The notes under the pieces: generated by a model | What the model saw: the letters and a program-made list of their open reading frames with translations, nothing else | What the model was told of the DNA's origin: nothing | The model's database searches: none | Translations under genes and position numbers: made by a program | Source of the DNA: an uncultured Candidatus Saccharibacteria bacterium | GTDB taxonomy: Bacteria; Patescibacteriota; Minisyncoccia; Phycocordibacterales; JACOZG01 | Assembly: GCA_965230925.1 (NCBI GenBank) | Contig: OZ246403.1 | Span: 394,455-458,454 of the forward strand | DNA length: 64,000 bases | Direction: 5' to 3' | Part shown: positions 46,787 to 56,274 of the stretch, in pieces | How positions within the stretch are numbered: the stretch's first letter is position 1 | Layout: each line of letters begins with the position of its first letter

Positions 46787-48592
46787 TTACCCTGTGGTCT
46801 CAAGATCTTGCTTCGCTTGTTTAATGGCGAGAATTTGGGAAGGATCTGAGGTAATAATCTGGTCTTCGGTATAGGAGGCAATGATTTTAATTGCTACGTG
46901 TTTGAGGCCAGCGAAGAAGATGCCCTCCCCCACATTGCTCTCAAGAAGCAAATACTTCTCTTCATCGGTGAGTTGAAAGGTTTTTTGGACCAGATCAATT
47001 GAGGCCGGAGATTGTTTTAGAAGTAATTGAAGTGAGGAGTTGGTGATAATCGGTAAACCATATTCCGAACGTAAGAAATCCCCTACATCTTGGGTAATTG
47101 TGGCGACGCCGAGATAATACTTACGACCGCGTTTTACGAGAGAAAACAAGAATGAAGCCGTGTCCGGCGCCTTCATCATCCACCAAGCCTCATCGATGAC
47201 GAGTAAACGTTTTTTTAGATTACGACGAATAGAATTCCAGATATTGTGCATTACGATGTACATCGCAACTGGCTTGAGCTCATCTTCCATGTCGCGGACC
47301 GAGAAAACGACAAACTTTTTATTAATATCAACGTTTGTTGGCTGATTAATGAAACCAGCCCAAGTACCTTGAGTGTATTTGAGAAGCCGTTGGGCAAGCG
47401 ATGCCCCACCTTCCATGCCGGCGAGCACTAGTTCCAGATCAGAGAGTAGTGGCGCCGGTTTACTGCTGAAATCGGAGCCCGGAGTAATATCCTTCAGGGC
47501 ATAGGTTTCCGTAATGGCGGCATCAATAATCGCATCTTCCTCGGTAGTAAGACCACCGAGCATAATTCGGAATAGGCCTACTAAGTTGATGATATTAGAG
47601 CGCAAAACATCGGCTGGTGACTCATCTTCGCGAGGGAAAGGCAGGTCGAAGGGATTAATGTGGTGTTCGGAAGTGAGAGAAATGTTGAAATAGCGCCCCC
47701 CGACTGCCTCAGCCAGGAATTCATACTCGCGCTCTGGGTCAATCACAATCACATCGGTGTCGAACATGAGAGAGCGCAAGACTTCTAGCTTGGTGGCGTA
47801 ACTTTTACCTGAACCCGACTTGGCAAAGATCACCGAATTGTAGTTCTCGAGACTAAAACGATCGAAAAGGACCAACGAAGAGTTGTGGCGGTTAATGCCA
47901 TAGAGAATCCCTTTATTTGAGGTTAAGTCGAAAGAAACAAAGGGAAACAGGCTCGAGAGTGGCGAAGAATTAAGCTTGTAATTGATATTAAGTTGATCAT
48001 TGGCGATCGGTAACACGCTTTTGAAACCCTCTTCTTGTTGGAAAAGAGCTGGTTTGAGATACACCAACTTAGCGTCGAGAATTGATTTAATTTCTCCCTC
48101 GATCTTATCGAGCTCATCCTCCGATTCGCCGTAAATGGTGATATAGAGACCAACATCGAAGATTTTTTCTCGAGCTTGTTGGAGGGCATCGCGGAGATTC
48201 TCAATATCTTCATAGGCGGTGTCGAGAATGGGGTCACGAACAATACCCCGAGCTTCTTTGAGATTAATCTGACTTTGCACCTCAGCCACCTTTTTCTCTA
48301 GTTGCCGCAGAGCGGTAGAGGTATCAATGGGGTGAACCACAATCGAGACGTCGAAGACCTTGTCGAGGTTGATCACTGGTGAGAACCAATCCCCCGCTAA
48401 GACGCGTGGGTAGGAGATCACAAAGAAGGTGCGAGCCATCTTGTCGCCCAGATTTAAGAGCCTGGGCGTAATTTTAAGCGCTGAGGGCGCAATAATGTCT
48501 TTGAGCTCGAGTACACCCAACTGATAAATATCTTTTGGGAGAATGGGGGCGAGCCCTGGCGCTTCTTTCTTATTTCGATTAAAGAATGACAT
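46787..48592 (-). CDS. VirB4/TrbE/CagE-family T4SS ATPase (ATPase domain only, 601 aa)
   Basis: Walker A FAKSGSGKSYATK, IDPEREY, Walker B RLLVIDEAWWMM, ATITQD; true ATG at 48592, 1 nt after the TAA of the upstream ORF. Confidence 0.85.
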   Translation of the reverse strand: MSFFNRNKKEAPGLAPILPKDIYQLGVLELKDIIAPSALKITPRLLNLGDKMARTFFVISYPRVLAGDWFSPVINLDKVFDVSIVVHPIDTSTALRQLEKKVAEVQSQINLKEARGIVRDPILDTAYEDIENLRDALQQAREKIFDVGLYITIYGESEDELDKIEGEIKSILDAKLVYLKPALFQQEEGFKSVLPIANDQLNINYKLNSSPLSSLFPFVSFDLTSNKGILYGINRHNSSLVLFDRFSLENYNSVIFAKSGSGKSYATKLEVLRSLMFDTDVIVIDPEREYEFLAEAVGGRYFNISLTSEHHINPFDLPFPREDESPADVLRSNIINLVGLFRIMLGGLTTEEDAIIDAAITETYALKDITPGSDFSSKPAPLLSDLELVLAGMEGGASLAQRLLKYTQGTWAGFINQPTNVDINKKFVVFSVRDMEDELKPVAMYIVMHNIWNSIRRNLKKRLLVIDEAWWMMKAPDTASFLFSLVKRGRKYYLGVATITQDVGDFLRSEYGLPIITNSSLQLLLKQSPASIDLVQKTFQLTDEEKYLLLESNVGEGIFFAGLKHVAIKIIASYTEDQIITSDPSQILAIKQAKQDLETTG

Positions 48593-48593
48593 A

Positions 48594-49235
48594 TTAGGCG
48601 GCGGTTGGGATCTCTGCTTCCCCAGGGTTAAAGATTTTGAAGAATAATTCGACCAGTTCCTCAGTCCCTAGCGGGATAGCGCGCACGCCGAAGCGGCTCA
48701 AACCTTGAATCACCACCGCGGCGCGCTGTTCAATTTGGGAGCGTCGTTCCTCGAATTTCTCGGTGGCGAGGTCGGCCGCGCTCTTGTTTGGATTTTTACC
48801 TGGCCAGAGACCAGAGAGAATCCCACCTTTCTTTAGATTTACCATGGCGGCGTCATATGGCACACAAACGAAAAAGGTTTTGGCCATCACGTCAGTAGAA
48901 TTGGTGAAATTACGGATAAATTCAATGTATTCTCGGGTTTGAACCTTAATTAATTCATTTGTCTGCTCTTTTTGTCTAGTTTCTAAGGTGGCAAGATAGG
49001 GCTTAATATCAAGCCGGCGGGACTGGATAAAGAGTTGGACGTGGAAATCGAGAGAATTAAGGAAATTTTGGTACTGGAGAATGATCGCTTCCTTCTCGTC
49101 CTCCGATTTTAGGGCGAAGTTGAGCGAAGAAACAATGAGAACTAGTCGGAGACCGCCATTTTTGAGCACCACGACCCCGTCGCGGATCTCTTTAATGGGA
49201 ACGAACTCTTGCGTTGCTTGCGAGGTTTCAGCCAT
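48594..49235 (-). CDS. Cytoplasmic protein, inferred to be the separately encoded N-terminal domain of VirB4
   Basis: 213 aa with no TM. Stop TAA-t-ATG coupling to the VirB4 ATPase ORF; 213+601 aa approximates a full-length VirB4 (~800 aa). Confidence 0.4.
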   Translation of the reverse strand: MAETSQATQEFVPIKEIRDGVVVLKNGGLRLVLIVSSLNFALKSEDEKEAIILQYQNFLNSLDFHVQLFIQSRRLDIKPYLATLETRQKEQTNELIKVQTREYIEFIRNFTNSTDVMAKTFFVCVPYDAAMVNLKKGGILSGLWPGKNPNKSAADLATEKFEERRSQIEQRAAVVIQGLSRFGVRAIPLGTEELVELFFKIFNPGEAEIPTAA

Positions 49236-49253
49236 CGGCCTTTATTATAACGG

Positions 49254-49664
49254 CTATTGAATTTTCTCCCTAATATCCAGGCTCCAGGATAATTCTTTCA
49301 GCTTACTCTTTGATAATTTGGGAATGGCTATACCTGGGGTTTGTTCACTACCAATTTTAATAGTGTCCCCTTGGTCGATTTTTTTCTCTTTTTTCTTCCA
49401 CACATAGAGTTTATGCGACCAGAAGTATCGCAGAGCGGACTCGGTCATGTTGATAAAAGGTCGGTTGTTGATCTTATAGAAGGCCAAGAGAAGGCCAAAA
49501 ATCACAAGCCCGGCCATGATTGGCCAAGCGAGGAACTTGGGGAGATAAGTATAAGCAACGAAGGCGCCACCAAGCGAGCCAGCCACGTAAACGAATTGCT
49601 TGAAGGTTAAGGGGCCAAAAATCTTGTCTTCAATCTCGATAAATTGAGGAACTTGGAAATTCAC
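49254..49664 (-). CDS. VirB3/PrgI-like 2-TM protein
   Basis: 136 aa, TM hairpin (YVAGSLGGAFVAYTYL / WPIMAGLVIFGLLLAFY), immediately upstream of VirB4. Confidence 0.45.
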   Translation of the reverse strand: MNFQVPQFIEIEDKIFGPLTFKQFVYVAGSLGGAFVAYTYLPKFLAWPIMAGLVIFGLLLAFYKINNRPFINMTESALRYFWSHKLYVWKKKEKKIDQGDTIKIGSEQTPGIAIPKLSKSKLKELSWSLDIREKIQ

Positions 49665-49679
49665 CCTTCTATTGTAGCG

Positions 49680-50186
49680 CTATTTAGAAATTTCGCGATA
49701 GGGATCGGGGGTGGAAGAGGGAGGATTAGAAGGAGTTTGTTGCGGTTGATCAAATTGCTTCTCGAGATCCACCTCTTCTCGCGGCACGCGGAACAATTTC
49801 GCCATTTTTTCCTCGAAAATGCTGCGACTGTCAGGGCTTGCACTCACTGCTGGACTTACTGCCGGCCTTTCCCCCGCATGAATTTTCTTCAGTGATTCTT
49901 GGATTTTTAGAAAGATTCCTTGGTTGACATCATTAGTGATAGCGTTAAGTTGGTCTGGTTGCAACGGTAATTCTTTGGCCAGGTTTTTTGTGAAGTCAGA
50001 TAATGGATTGATTCCGATTAGAACCAAAGCCGTTTGATCAGCTAGTACCCCTATTTCATCTAGGTGAAGATCGTACTTTAGGCCGATATCACCAATTGTC
50101 CCGTCAAGATCAAGGTCCCAGATGGCTGCCTGAATATCTTCGGGCAACTTAAGAAATTTTTCTAGTAATTGTTCGTTGTTGTTCAT
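49680..50186 (-). CDS. Acidic cytoplasmic hypothetical protein (T4SS-like operon)
   Basis: 168 aa, no TM, Pro/Ser-rich C-terminus. Confidence 0.35.
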   Translation of the reverse strand: MNNNEQLLEKFLKLPEDIQAAIWDLDLDGTIGDIGLKYDLHLDEIGVLADQTALVLIGINPLSDFTKNLAKELPLQPDQLNAITNDVNQGIFLKIQESLKKIHAGERPAVSPAVSASPDSRSIFEEKMAKLFRVPREEVDLEKQFDQPQQTPSNPPSSTPDPYREISK

Positions 50187-50191
50187 ATATT

Positions 50192-52504
50192 TTATTCCCC
50201 TTCGGGTTTCTTTTTTTCTTTTTCCCCTCCTTTATCTTCCCCCTCCTTTTTCTTTCCCTGTTCATCTATTTTTGCTTCCAAGGACTCAGTCTTGTCTAAT
50301 TGCTCCGCGGCTAAAATTAGGGCTTCTAAACGATCAGCTTCTAATTGGTTCCCAGCCCTTTCCGCGTCTTCTTTTTGTTTAGTCCAGGTTTTAATTTCAT
50401 TTTTTCTCTTATCTTTTTTCTCTTGAGTTTCTCTTGCCTCCCTAAGTTTCTTTTTCATCGGCTCTGGCATTTCCTCTTGTATACCTTCTACTACCTTACT
50501 TAATTTTTGATACTTCTTACCGGCTTTTTGCTGTCGAGCTTGAATTTCTTCAGGGGTGCCTGGGGCTTTTTCTATCTGCTTATCAAAGTTCCTTATTTGC
50601 CGTTTTATACCACGAACTTTTTGGACTTTTGCTATATTTTCTGGGAGCGCCTGAGCCACCGAGCTCATGCTTGGATAAGTGACGTCGTACCAATTCAAAT
50701 CCTCTCTATTTTTAGAAATAAAGTCTTCTTTTTCCTGTTCGATTTTTTCCTTTGATTTAACGTCCTTAGCTTTTTCTTCATAAGATTTTTTAAGTCCAGA
50801 CTCTAGTTTTAGTTTGTCTTCCACCTTCATTTTCTCATAAGCTCTCTGCTGAGCAATCTTACCACCAAAGATATTTCTCTTTCGGCCAAGAGCGGCTAGA
50901 TATTTGGCAACCAACTCAGGATCATCTTTGATCTCATCAGGAATTTTGGCGAGTTCATCAATCTTCTTGTCAAAACTCTTTTCTCCACCAAACTTTTCTT
51001 TAGAAATTGTGGAAGCAAATTTAGTTAGAGAGCCACCAATGATGGTCCGGTTGGCAATCTGATTCTTAGCCCAATCAGAAGTGGCAATTCTGCGACCTAA
51101 CCGCCCGACGGTGTTCGCACCAATAGTTCCCACTGCGCGTTGTCGCCATTTCTTACCGAGATCACTAGCATATTTCGCCCCATGAATACCAAATTGTACA
51201 GCAGCAATGAGGGAACCAACCATCAGGCCAATCACAATAATAAAGTTGATAAGCATGGCGCCTATTCCTGCAATACCAGCGGCTTGAGAATCAGCGGCGA
51301 TGCTCTGAATCGCACCTTGAGACATCACTTTAGTAGAAAGGAAGACGAAGAGGAGATAAATTGGAGCGAAGAATGAATATTTAATAAGCAAATTCCACCA
51401 CTTCGAGAAGTGGCCACTGAGCTTCGGCGTGGTGTAGGCGAGGAATGCCAAGGGCGAGAGAATAACCATAAAGATGAGAACAATCATGCGGATGAGGAGG
51501 AGTAAGCCCGCGGCGAGGAAGACGAAGGCCGTCACGAGCATCAGACTCACTGCACCAATGGCTTGAGCCAGTGTTTTACCCACGCCAGTGGCGGTGCCAG
51601 AGGGAGTGTCGAAGGCCCGTTGGAGATTGAGATGATTCATGAAGAGGCCGGTTACTCCCCCAATTTTGCCATCAGCACCACCAACAAGGGCTGAGTCATA
51701 GGTTTGCCCACTGCGATTCACTGACTGGAAGAATTGATACGATGCGATATTAGAGACATCGATAATGGCTCGGGCGAAGAAGGCGCTAAAGTTGATGAGA
51801 AAAGCGATAACAATGACATTCGCGATTAGTTTGTTTTTATTCCCAATTTCAAGATCAAGAATGAAGCCGATTGCCACATAGAGCAAAATGAAAATGAAGA
51901 AAATATTTGCGAAGTCGCGGAGAGCGCCCCAGGCGGCAGTAATTCCTGGTGAATCAAGGAGGGAGGCGAAGTTGTTAACGGTATAGTTGAGCGAATATTC
52001 GAAAACGGCAGCAGATAAATAGACTAAGAATCCAGCAATGTAGATAAGGAAGTTCCCTGCTCCCCCAACCATCTTTTCTGCGAAATAATTGATGTTCTTC
52101 CACGTTGCGCTCCATGATTCCTTGAGGAGACAACCTAAAGAGAGAGACGATAAAACTCCGTCACAGCCATCTTCGGGTTCATTGCCGCCACCTTTTCCTT
52201 GTAAGTCTTTAACTTGCTCACGAAGGGCGTTCATCTCATTCGTTAGCCTTATATATTCAGGAGAGCCTGGAGCGTGGTTGCTTCGTTGTCGACCCAACTC
52301 CCTTGTTTGCTCAGCTAATTGCCCAGCTTGGGTGTTAGCGGCATTGTTAGGGACAGTGTTGTCCTCAGGATACAGGGGTGGGGTTTCGTCCGGCCACCAG
52401 GTACTGAGTAAGTCATCAATGTATCCTGCATTGGTGTGGTGAACAGGCGCGACCAAAAAAGTTATGACAGACAGTAAGGTAAGAATGAAGAAAAACTTTT
52501 TCAT
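50192..52504 (-). CDS. VirB6/TrbL-like polytopic membrane protein with long K/E-rich coiled-coil C-terminal tail
   Basis: Signal peptide, ~120-aa ectodomain, at least 6 TM helices, then ~300 aa of highly charged KE-rich sequence. Confidence 0.55.
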   Translation of the reverse strand: MKKFFFILTLLSVITFLVAPVHHTNAGYIDDLLSTWWPDETPPLYPEDNTVPNNAANTQAGQLAEQTRELGRQRSNHAPGSPEYIRLTNEMNALREQVKDLQGKGGGNEPEDGCDGVLSSLSLGCLLKESWSATWKNINYFAEKMVGGAGNFLIYIAGFLVYLSAAVFEYSLNYTVNNFASLLDSPGITAAWGALRDFANIFFIFILLYVAIGFILDLEIGNKNKLIANVIVIAFLINFSAFFARAIIDVSNIASYQFFQSVNRSGQTYDSALVGGADGKIGGVTGLFMNHLNLQRAFDTPSGTATGVGKTLAQAIGAVSLMLVTAFVFLAAGLLLLIRMIVLIFMVILSPLAFLAYTTPKLSGHFSKWWNLLIKYSFFAPIYLLFVFLSTKVMSQGAIQSIAADSQAAGIAGIGAMLINFIIVIGLMVGSLIAAVQFGIHGAKYASDLGKKWRQRAVGTIGANTVGRLGRRIATSDWAKNQIANRTIIGGSLTKFASTISKEKFGGEKSFDKKIDELAKIPDEIKDDPELVAKYLAALGRKRNIFGGKIAQQRAYEKMKVEDKLKLESGLKKSYEEKAKDVKSKEKIEQEKEDFISKNREDLNWYDVTYPSMSSVAQALPENIAKVQKVRGIKRQIRNFDKQIEKAPGTPEEIQARQQKAGKKYQKLSKVVEGIQEEMPEPMKKKLREARETQEKKDKRKNEIKTWTKQKEDAERAGNQLEADRLEALILAAEQLDKTESLEAKIDEQGKKKEGEDKGGEKEKKKPEGE

Positions 52505-55500
52505 TAATTTCTTGTGATCGTCACTTCTTTGATCGTTTCTTGATCATTATCGCCGGTGCACTTGAGGATATAGGTCAGCTTGGGAGTGATCGAGAGGTAG
52601 ATAGCTCCCTCGCTTGTCCCGTAGGTGAAGGTGTAGCGCTTGAGCATTTGGGCGAGCGGTCCGGTGCCATTTTTTTCTAATTCGATCTTATTTTTTAAGA
52701 GTTCAATCACCTCGACCGGAGTTCTGTTGGTCGCAGACATCACCTCCAGAGTAATGTTTTGGCCAATTGTTAGGCGATAGATATCGAGAGCGAGCGCTCC
52801 TTGAGTTGGCTTGTATTCCACGCGATCGGCGAGGCGATTAGGAGTGAGGGTGTCAGATAATGTTTCTGTCGTGGCCACTCCAGCGCGAGTTCTGGTTAGT
52901 TCTGCCCGCATTTCTACCGGGTGAGAGATGGTGCGGAAGCCGTCATTATTTAACTTCTCGCCCGCTTTGGCCACGGTGGTGTCGGCTGTGCTTGAGATCC
53001 AATCATTGCCTGCCTCACATCGGTCGGCATTGGTGGTGTCCCAGATAATCCGGCTATCATCCTTTTGGCCGCCATTTACTTGGGCTAATGAGGGTGTTTC
53101 TGCTCTCATGTTTACGAAGACTGGGAGAATATCACCAAGGCCAATGCTGGTACCGAGCGAGCTTGTTCTCGTGCTGGGATCCTCATAATTATTTCTCCTG
53201 AGAAAGCCGCTATCCTTGTTTGGCCAACCAGCGTTCGGGCAAGGACCAGGACCAGGACAGGGGTCGGAACCATTATAAATACTGGGAGCCTTCTCAGCTT
53301 CAAAATAACCAGGAGCATCATCCAATCTGTCGGCGACATGCTCGAGTTCTCCTTTGGCTACGTCAAGCTTTGGATTCTGAACTGACACATCGACGGGAGT
53401 AAAAAAGATTTTCTTAGTTGCCTCCTCCGCTATGCCCGGCGCGAGCGTGGTGTCGTATCCACGACAAAGCCAGGTAGTTTTGTCTTCAAGCTCAACCTCG
53501 ACCCTGTTTTCTTGAGGGCATTCGTAACGGCCGAGAATGCCATTTCCGGCAGCAAGGTCAGCTTCTGCCCGCGCCAGGGCCTGTGCTCGGAGACTATTAA
53601 CTGCGTCTCTTGTTTTGAAGTAAACAGTAATAGGATTGATGAGAATAAGTTTCATCCACGATGTCCACCCACCACCCTCTTCAAAGCCGCCCGGGGAAGT
53701 AAATTGATCATATTGAGTTTTTGGTAAACCATCAGAAGCGATTTCCCCGGCAACAGTTTGCATTTCCTCAATCTCCAATTTTTCTCGAATATCTGGAACT
53801 AAGTGGTAAGTTTCTGGATCATCTTCTGCTAGAGTTTTTAGATCTTGCATGGATACTTTGAACTTTTCCTGGTCTCTTTGCTGAACAAATTGGTCAGGGT
53901 TTCTTGGCATGATAGATTGTCCATTTCCCTCACCCTCTACACCGAGCATTCCCGGAGACATACCAACGCCGGTATTAAGATCCTTTTTGATTTTTTCTAA
54001 GAAGGCGTGGAGACCACCGAGAGTATTTTTCTCAGCATTTGGTGTTGTGATTAATCTATTTTCCTCGTCCATTAATTGGATTCGCCTCATGGTCTTGAGG
54101 AAAGTACACGTTTGTATCTGAAGAATAGTCAGACGCTCGTTCAAGTCACGAGATTGTTCCTCGGTATTCAAAATTTTGTTTGTAGTCTTCGCATTTCCTT
54201 TGGATGTTGCTGCTATGCTAAAGATGCTACCTAATTCCGGTCCTACCTCAGCCACCGGGAACGCTGCGGCGCCACCACCCACGGTGCCGAAGCCGATGGC
54301 GGCCATTCCTTCCGCCACGAGTTGCTCCACAATTGGTGCCAAGATTGGACCAGCGAGTGGAATACCCTCTACCAATGATCCCGCGCCTGCGGCGACGCTG
54401 GCACCAATATTATTTTTCAGCCCCTGCATAATCTTGGATGCTTCAAGATTGTTGCTAGTGAGTTGTCCCGGACCCACTTGTTTTTCCACGGCCCCATTAG
54501 CGGCTCGTTCAACTCCTCCGTTTTGCAAATCCTGTTGGGCTCCAGTGCCTACTTCGCTCATGGCGCTTTCCATTGGTGCGCCGTCAGGGAAGGATGCTTG
54601 ATAATCCTCAAGACTCATTGAACCTTGACCAGGAATGGTGTTTTGGTCAGCGGTTAAGCGCATGCCATTGGCTTGAGCGATATCGTAATCAGAGGCTCGC
54701 ATCTGATTTGGCTGTAGTTGGCCCGCGGCGTCCAACTGATCGTACTGGGCATTTTCCAGTACCTCTAGTGTGGGCGGTGGTGGGTACACCGCGCTCCAGA
54801 GTCCATTGCCAAGGTTGCTAATACCGTCTGCCGCCACGCCACCAATCTCAAATGCTGTTCCGGTGATTCCATGCGCTAAGGGGTAGAAGGTGGCACCGAG
54901 CGTGGCATCAATAGTGTCGGCCAGAGTATTACCCAAGGTATCAATGGTGCTGCTAATCGGGTAAGCAATTGTAGCTACAGCAATATTGAGTTGTTGGTCG
55001 ATGGCATCGGTGATTGGATCAAGAAGAGCTTCATCGAAGGTGTCGATGGCATTCTCAAGCGCTTCAGTAGGAACAGCAATAGAATCAATAACTTTGTCGA
55101 TAGAGTTTTCGATCGAGTTATTGATCGGCTTCTCGATGGCACCCATCATGGCATCGGTCAGGCGGTTGATGTGTTTCGGATCAGTCATTGATTGCTCGAG
55201 CTCGAAGGAGAGACCGTCGATCATGTCCTCAAGAAGTTGGTCGGGGTCAAGATTCGCAAGCCAAAGGAGGAATTCCTTAGAGGCATCAAGTTGGGCAACG
55301 AGATTCTCAATAATTCTCTCGACATCTTTAAGGGTTGAAGGTACGGAAATGGCTCCAAAGAAAATTCCTAATAGGTCACCAAGAGGACCTAAACCCGCAA
55401 CAGGAGAAAAAGATTTTTTCAAGTTTTCTATGGCGGCCATAATGGCTATTTTTGTTCCTTCAATAGTGCCGCGCACATCCTCCACTTGATCCCGGACCAT

Positions 55501-56274
55501 CTCAGGGATTTGTTGAATCATGGTGTTGAGCTGGGCGCGGTAATAGGTCTCGATGGTTGGCCGAGCGGTTTTTCCAATCTCTAACTTAAAGGTGTCTTGG
55601 AGGGTGCGACGCAAGCCACCACTAATACCGCGAGAGGTGGCATTGCCTACGAAATCATCATTCAAAACATTTGGTAAAGTTTCCCGAACTGATGAGTCAA
55701 TTAACTTTTTAAATTGCCCCTCATTTTGTCGGTAGTATTCAGCGGTGAAGCCAGCGCGTCGATCAGCCTCCAGATTCTTGGCCAGAGTTTTAGGAAATTC
55801 TTCTCCCCAGCGGGTTTTGAAGCCCTCTTGGAATTCGTATTTAAGGTTTTCTTGGATATTAGTAGATGCCACACCCGCTGAGTCCCCGAGGGTATTAATA
55901 GTGTTGGGTAAGACTTCCAGGCCAAGCTTCTCGTTGACCCGGTTTTTGATCGGCTTGGTAATACCATCGGCGATGGCTCGGCCAGCGGATTTGTTTTTAC
56001 TCTTTTTTGATTCCGAAACACATTCCTCATAGTCACTCTTGCGAATTTTAGCTAAGCGATCGGCGCTTTGTTGGCTGGTGGCTTGTCCGGGTGGGGTGAG
56101 GCCAGAATACTTAGCATTGTTTGCGGCTGGGTTTGAGCCAGGAGGAGGCAGGGCTACGCTTGGCCCTCCGGCTGGAGCGGGAGTATTTTGGGCGCTTACC
56201 ATTGGCGTGACAATAATTCCCCAAATAATGAGGAAAATAATGACGCGCTTGGTGAAGTTTAATAATGTTTTCAT
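52504..56274 (-). CDS. Giant (1256 aa) secreted/surface protein of the T4SS-like operon
   Basis: Signal peptide (IIFLIIWGIIVTPMVSA), Pro/Ala/Gly linker, D/E-rich alpha-helical repeats, Gly/Ala-rich segment, Cys-containing C-terminal domain (CPGPGPCPNAGW). ATGA overlaps with both flanking genes. Confidence 0.5.
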   Translation of the reverse strand: MKTLLNFTKRVIIFLIIWGIIVTPMVSAQNTPAPAGGPSVALPPPGSNPAANNAKYSGLTPPGQATSQQSADRLAKIRKSDYEECVSESKKSKNKSAGRAIADGITKPIKNRVNEKLGLEVLPNTINTLGDSAGVASTNIQENLKYEFQEGFKTRWGEEFPKTLAKNLEADRRAGFTAEYYRQNEGQFKKLIDSSVRETLPNVLNDDFVGNATSRGISGGLRRTLQDTFKLEIGKTARPTIETYYRAQLNTMIQQIPEMVRDQVEDVRGTIEGTKIAIMAAIENLKKSFSPVAGLGPLGDLLGIFFGAISVPSTLKDVERIIENLVAQLDASKEFLLWLANLDPDQLLEDMIDGLSFELEQSMTDPKHINRLTDAMMGAIEKPINNSIENSIDKVIDSIAVPTEALENAIDTFDEALLDPITDAIDQQLNIAVATIAYPISSTIDTLGNTLADTIDATLGATFYPLAHGITGTAFEIGGVAADGISNLGNGLWSAVYPPPPTLEVLENAQYDQLDAAGQLQPNQMRASDYDIAQANGMRLTADQNTIPGQGSMSLEDYQASFPDGAPMESAMSEVGTGAQQDLQNGGVERAANGAVEKQVGPGQLTSNNLEASKIMQGLKNNIGASVAAGAGSLVEGIPLAGPILAPIVEQLVAEGMAAIGFGTVGGGAAAFPVAEVGPELGSIFSIAATSKGNAKTTNKILNTEEQSRDLNERLTILQIQTCTFLKTMRRIQLMDEENRLITTPNAEKNTLGGLHAFLEKIKKDLNTGVGMSPGMLGVEGEGNGQSIMPRNPDQFVQQRDQEKFKVSMQDLKTLAEDDPETYHLVPDIREKLEIEEMQTVAGEIASDGLPKTQYDQFTSPGGFEEGGGWTSWMKLILINPITVYFKTRDAVNSLRAQALARAEADLAAGNGILGRYECPQENRVEVELEDKTTWLCRGYDTTLAPGIAEEATKKIFFTPVDVSVQNPKLDVAKGELEHVADRLDDAPGYFEAEKAPSIYNGSDPCPGPGPCPNAGWPNKDSGFLRRNNYEDPSTRTSSLGTSIGLGDILPVFVNMRAETPSLAQVNGGQKDDSRIIWDTTNADRCEAGNDWISSTADTTVAKAGEKLNNDGFRTISHPVEMRAELTRTRAGVATTETLSDTLTPNRLADRVEYKPTQGALALDIYRLTIGQNITLEVMSATNRTPVEVIELLKNKIELEKNGTGPLAQMLKRYTFTYGTSEGAIYLSITPKLTYILKCTGDNDQETIKEVTITRN

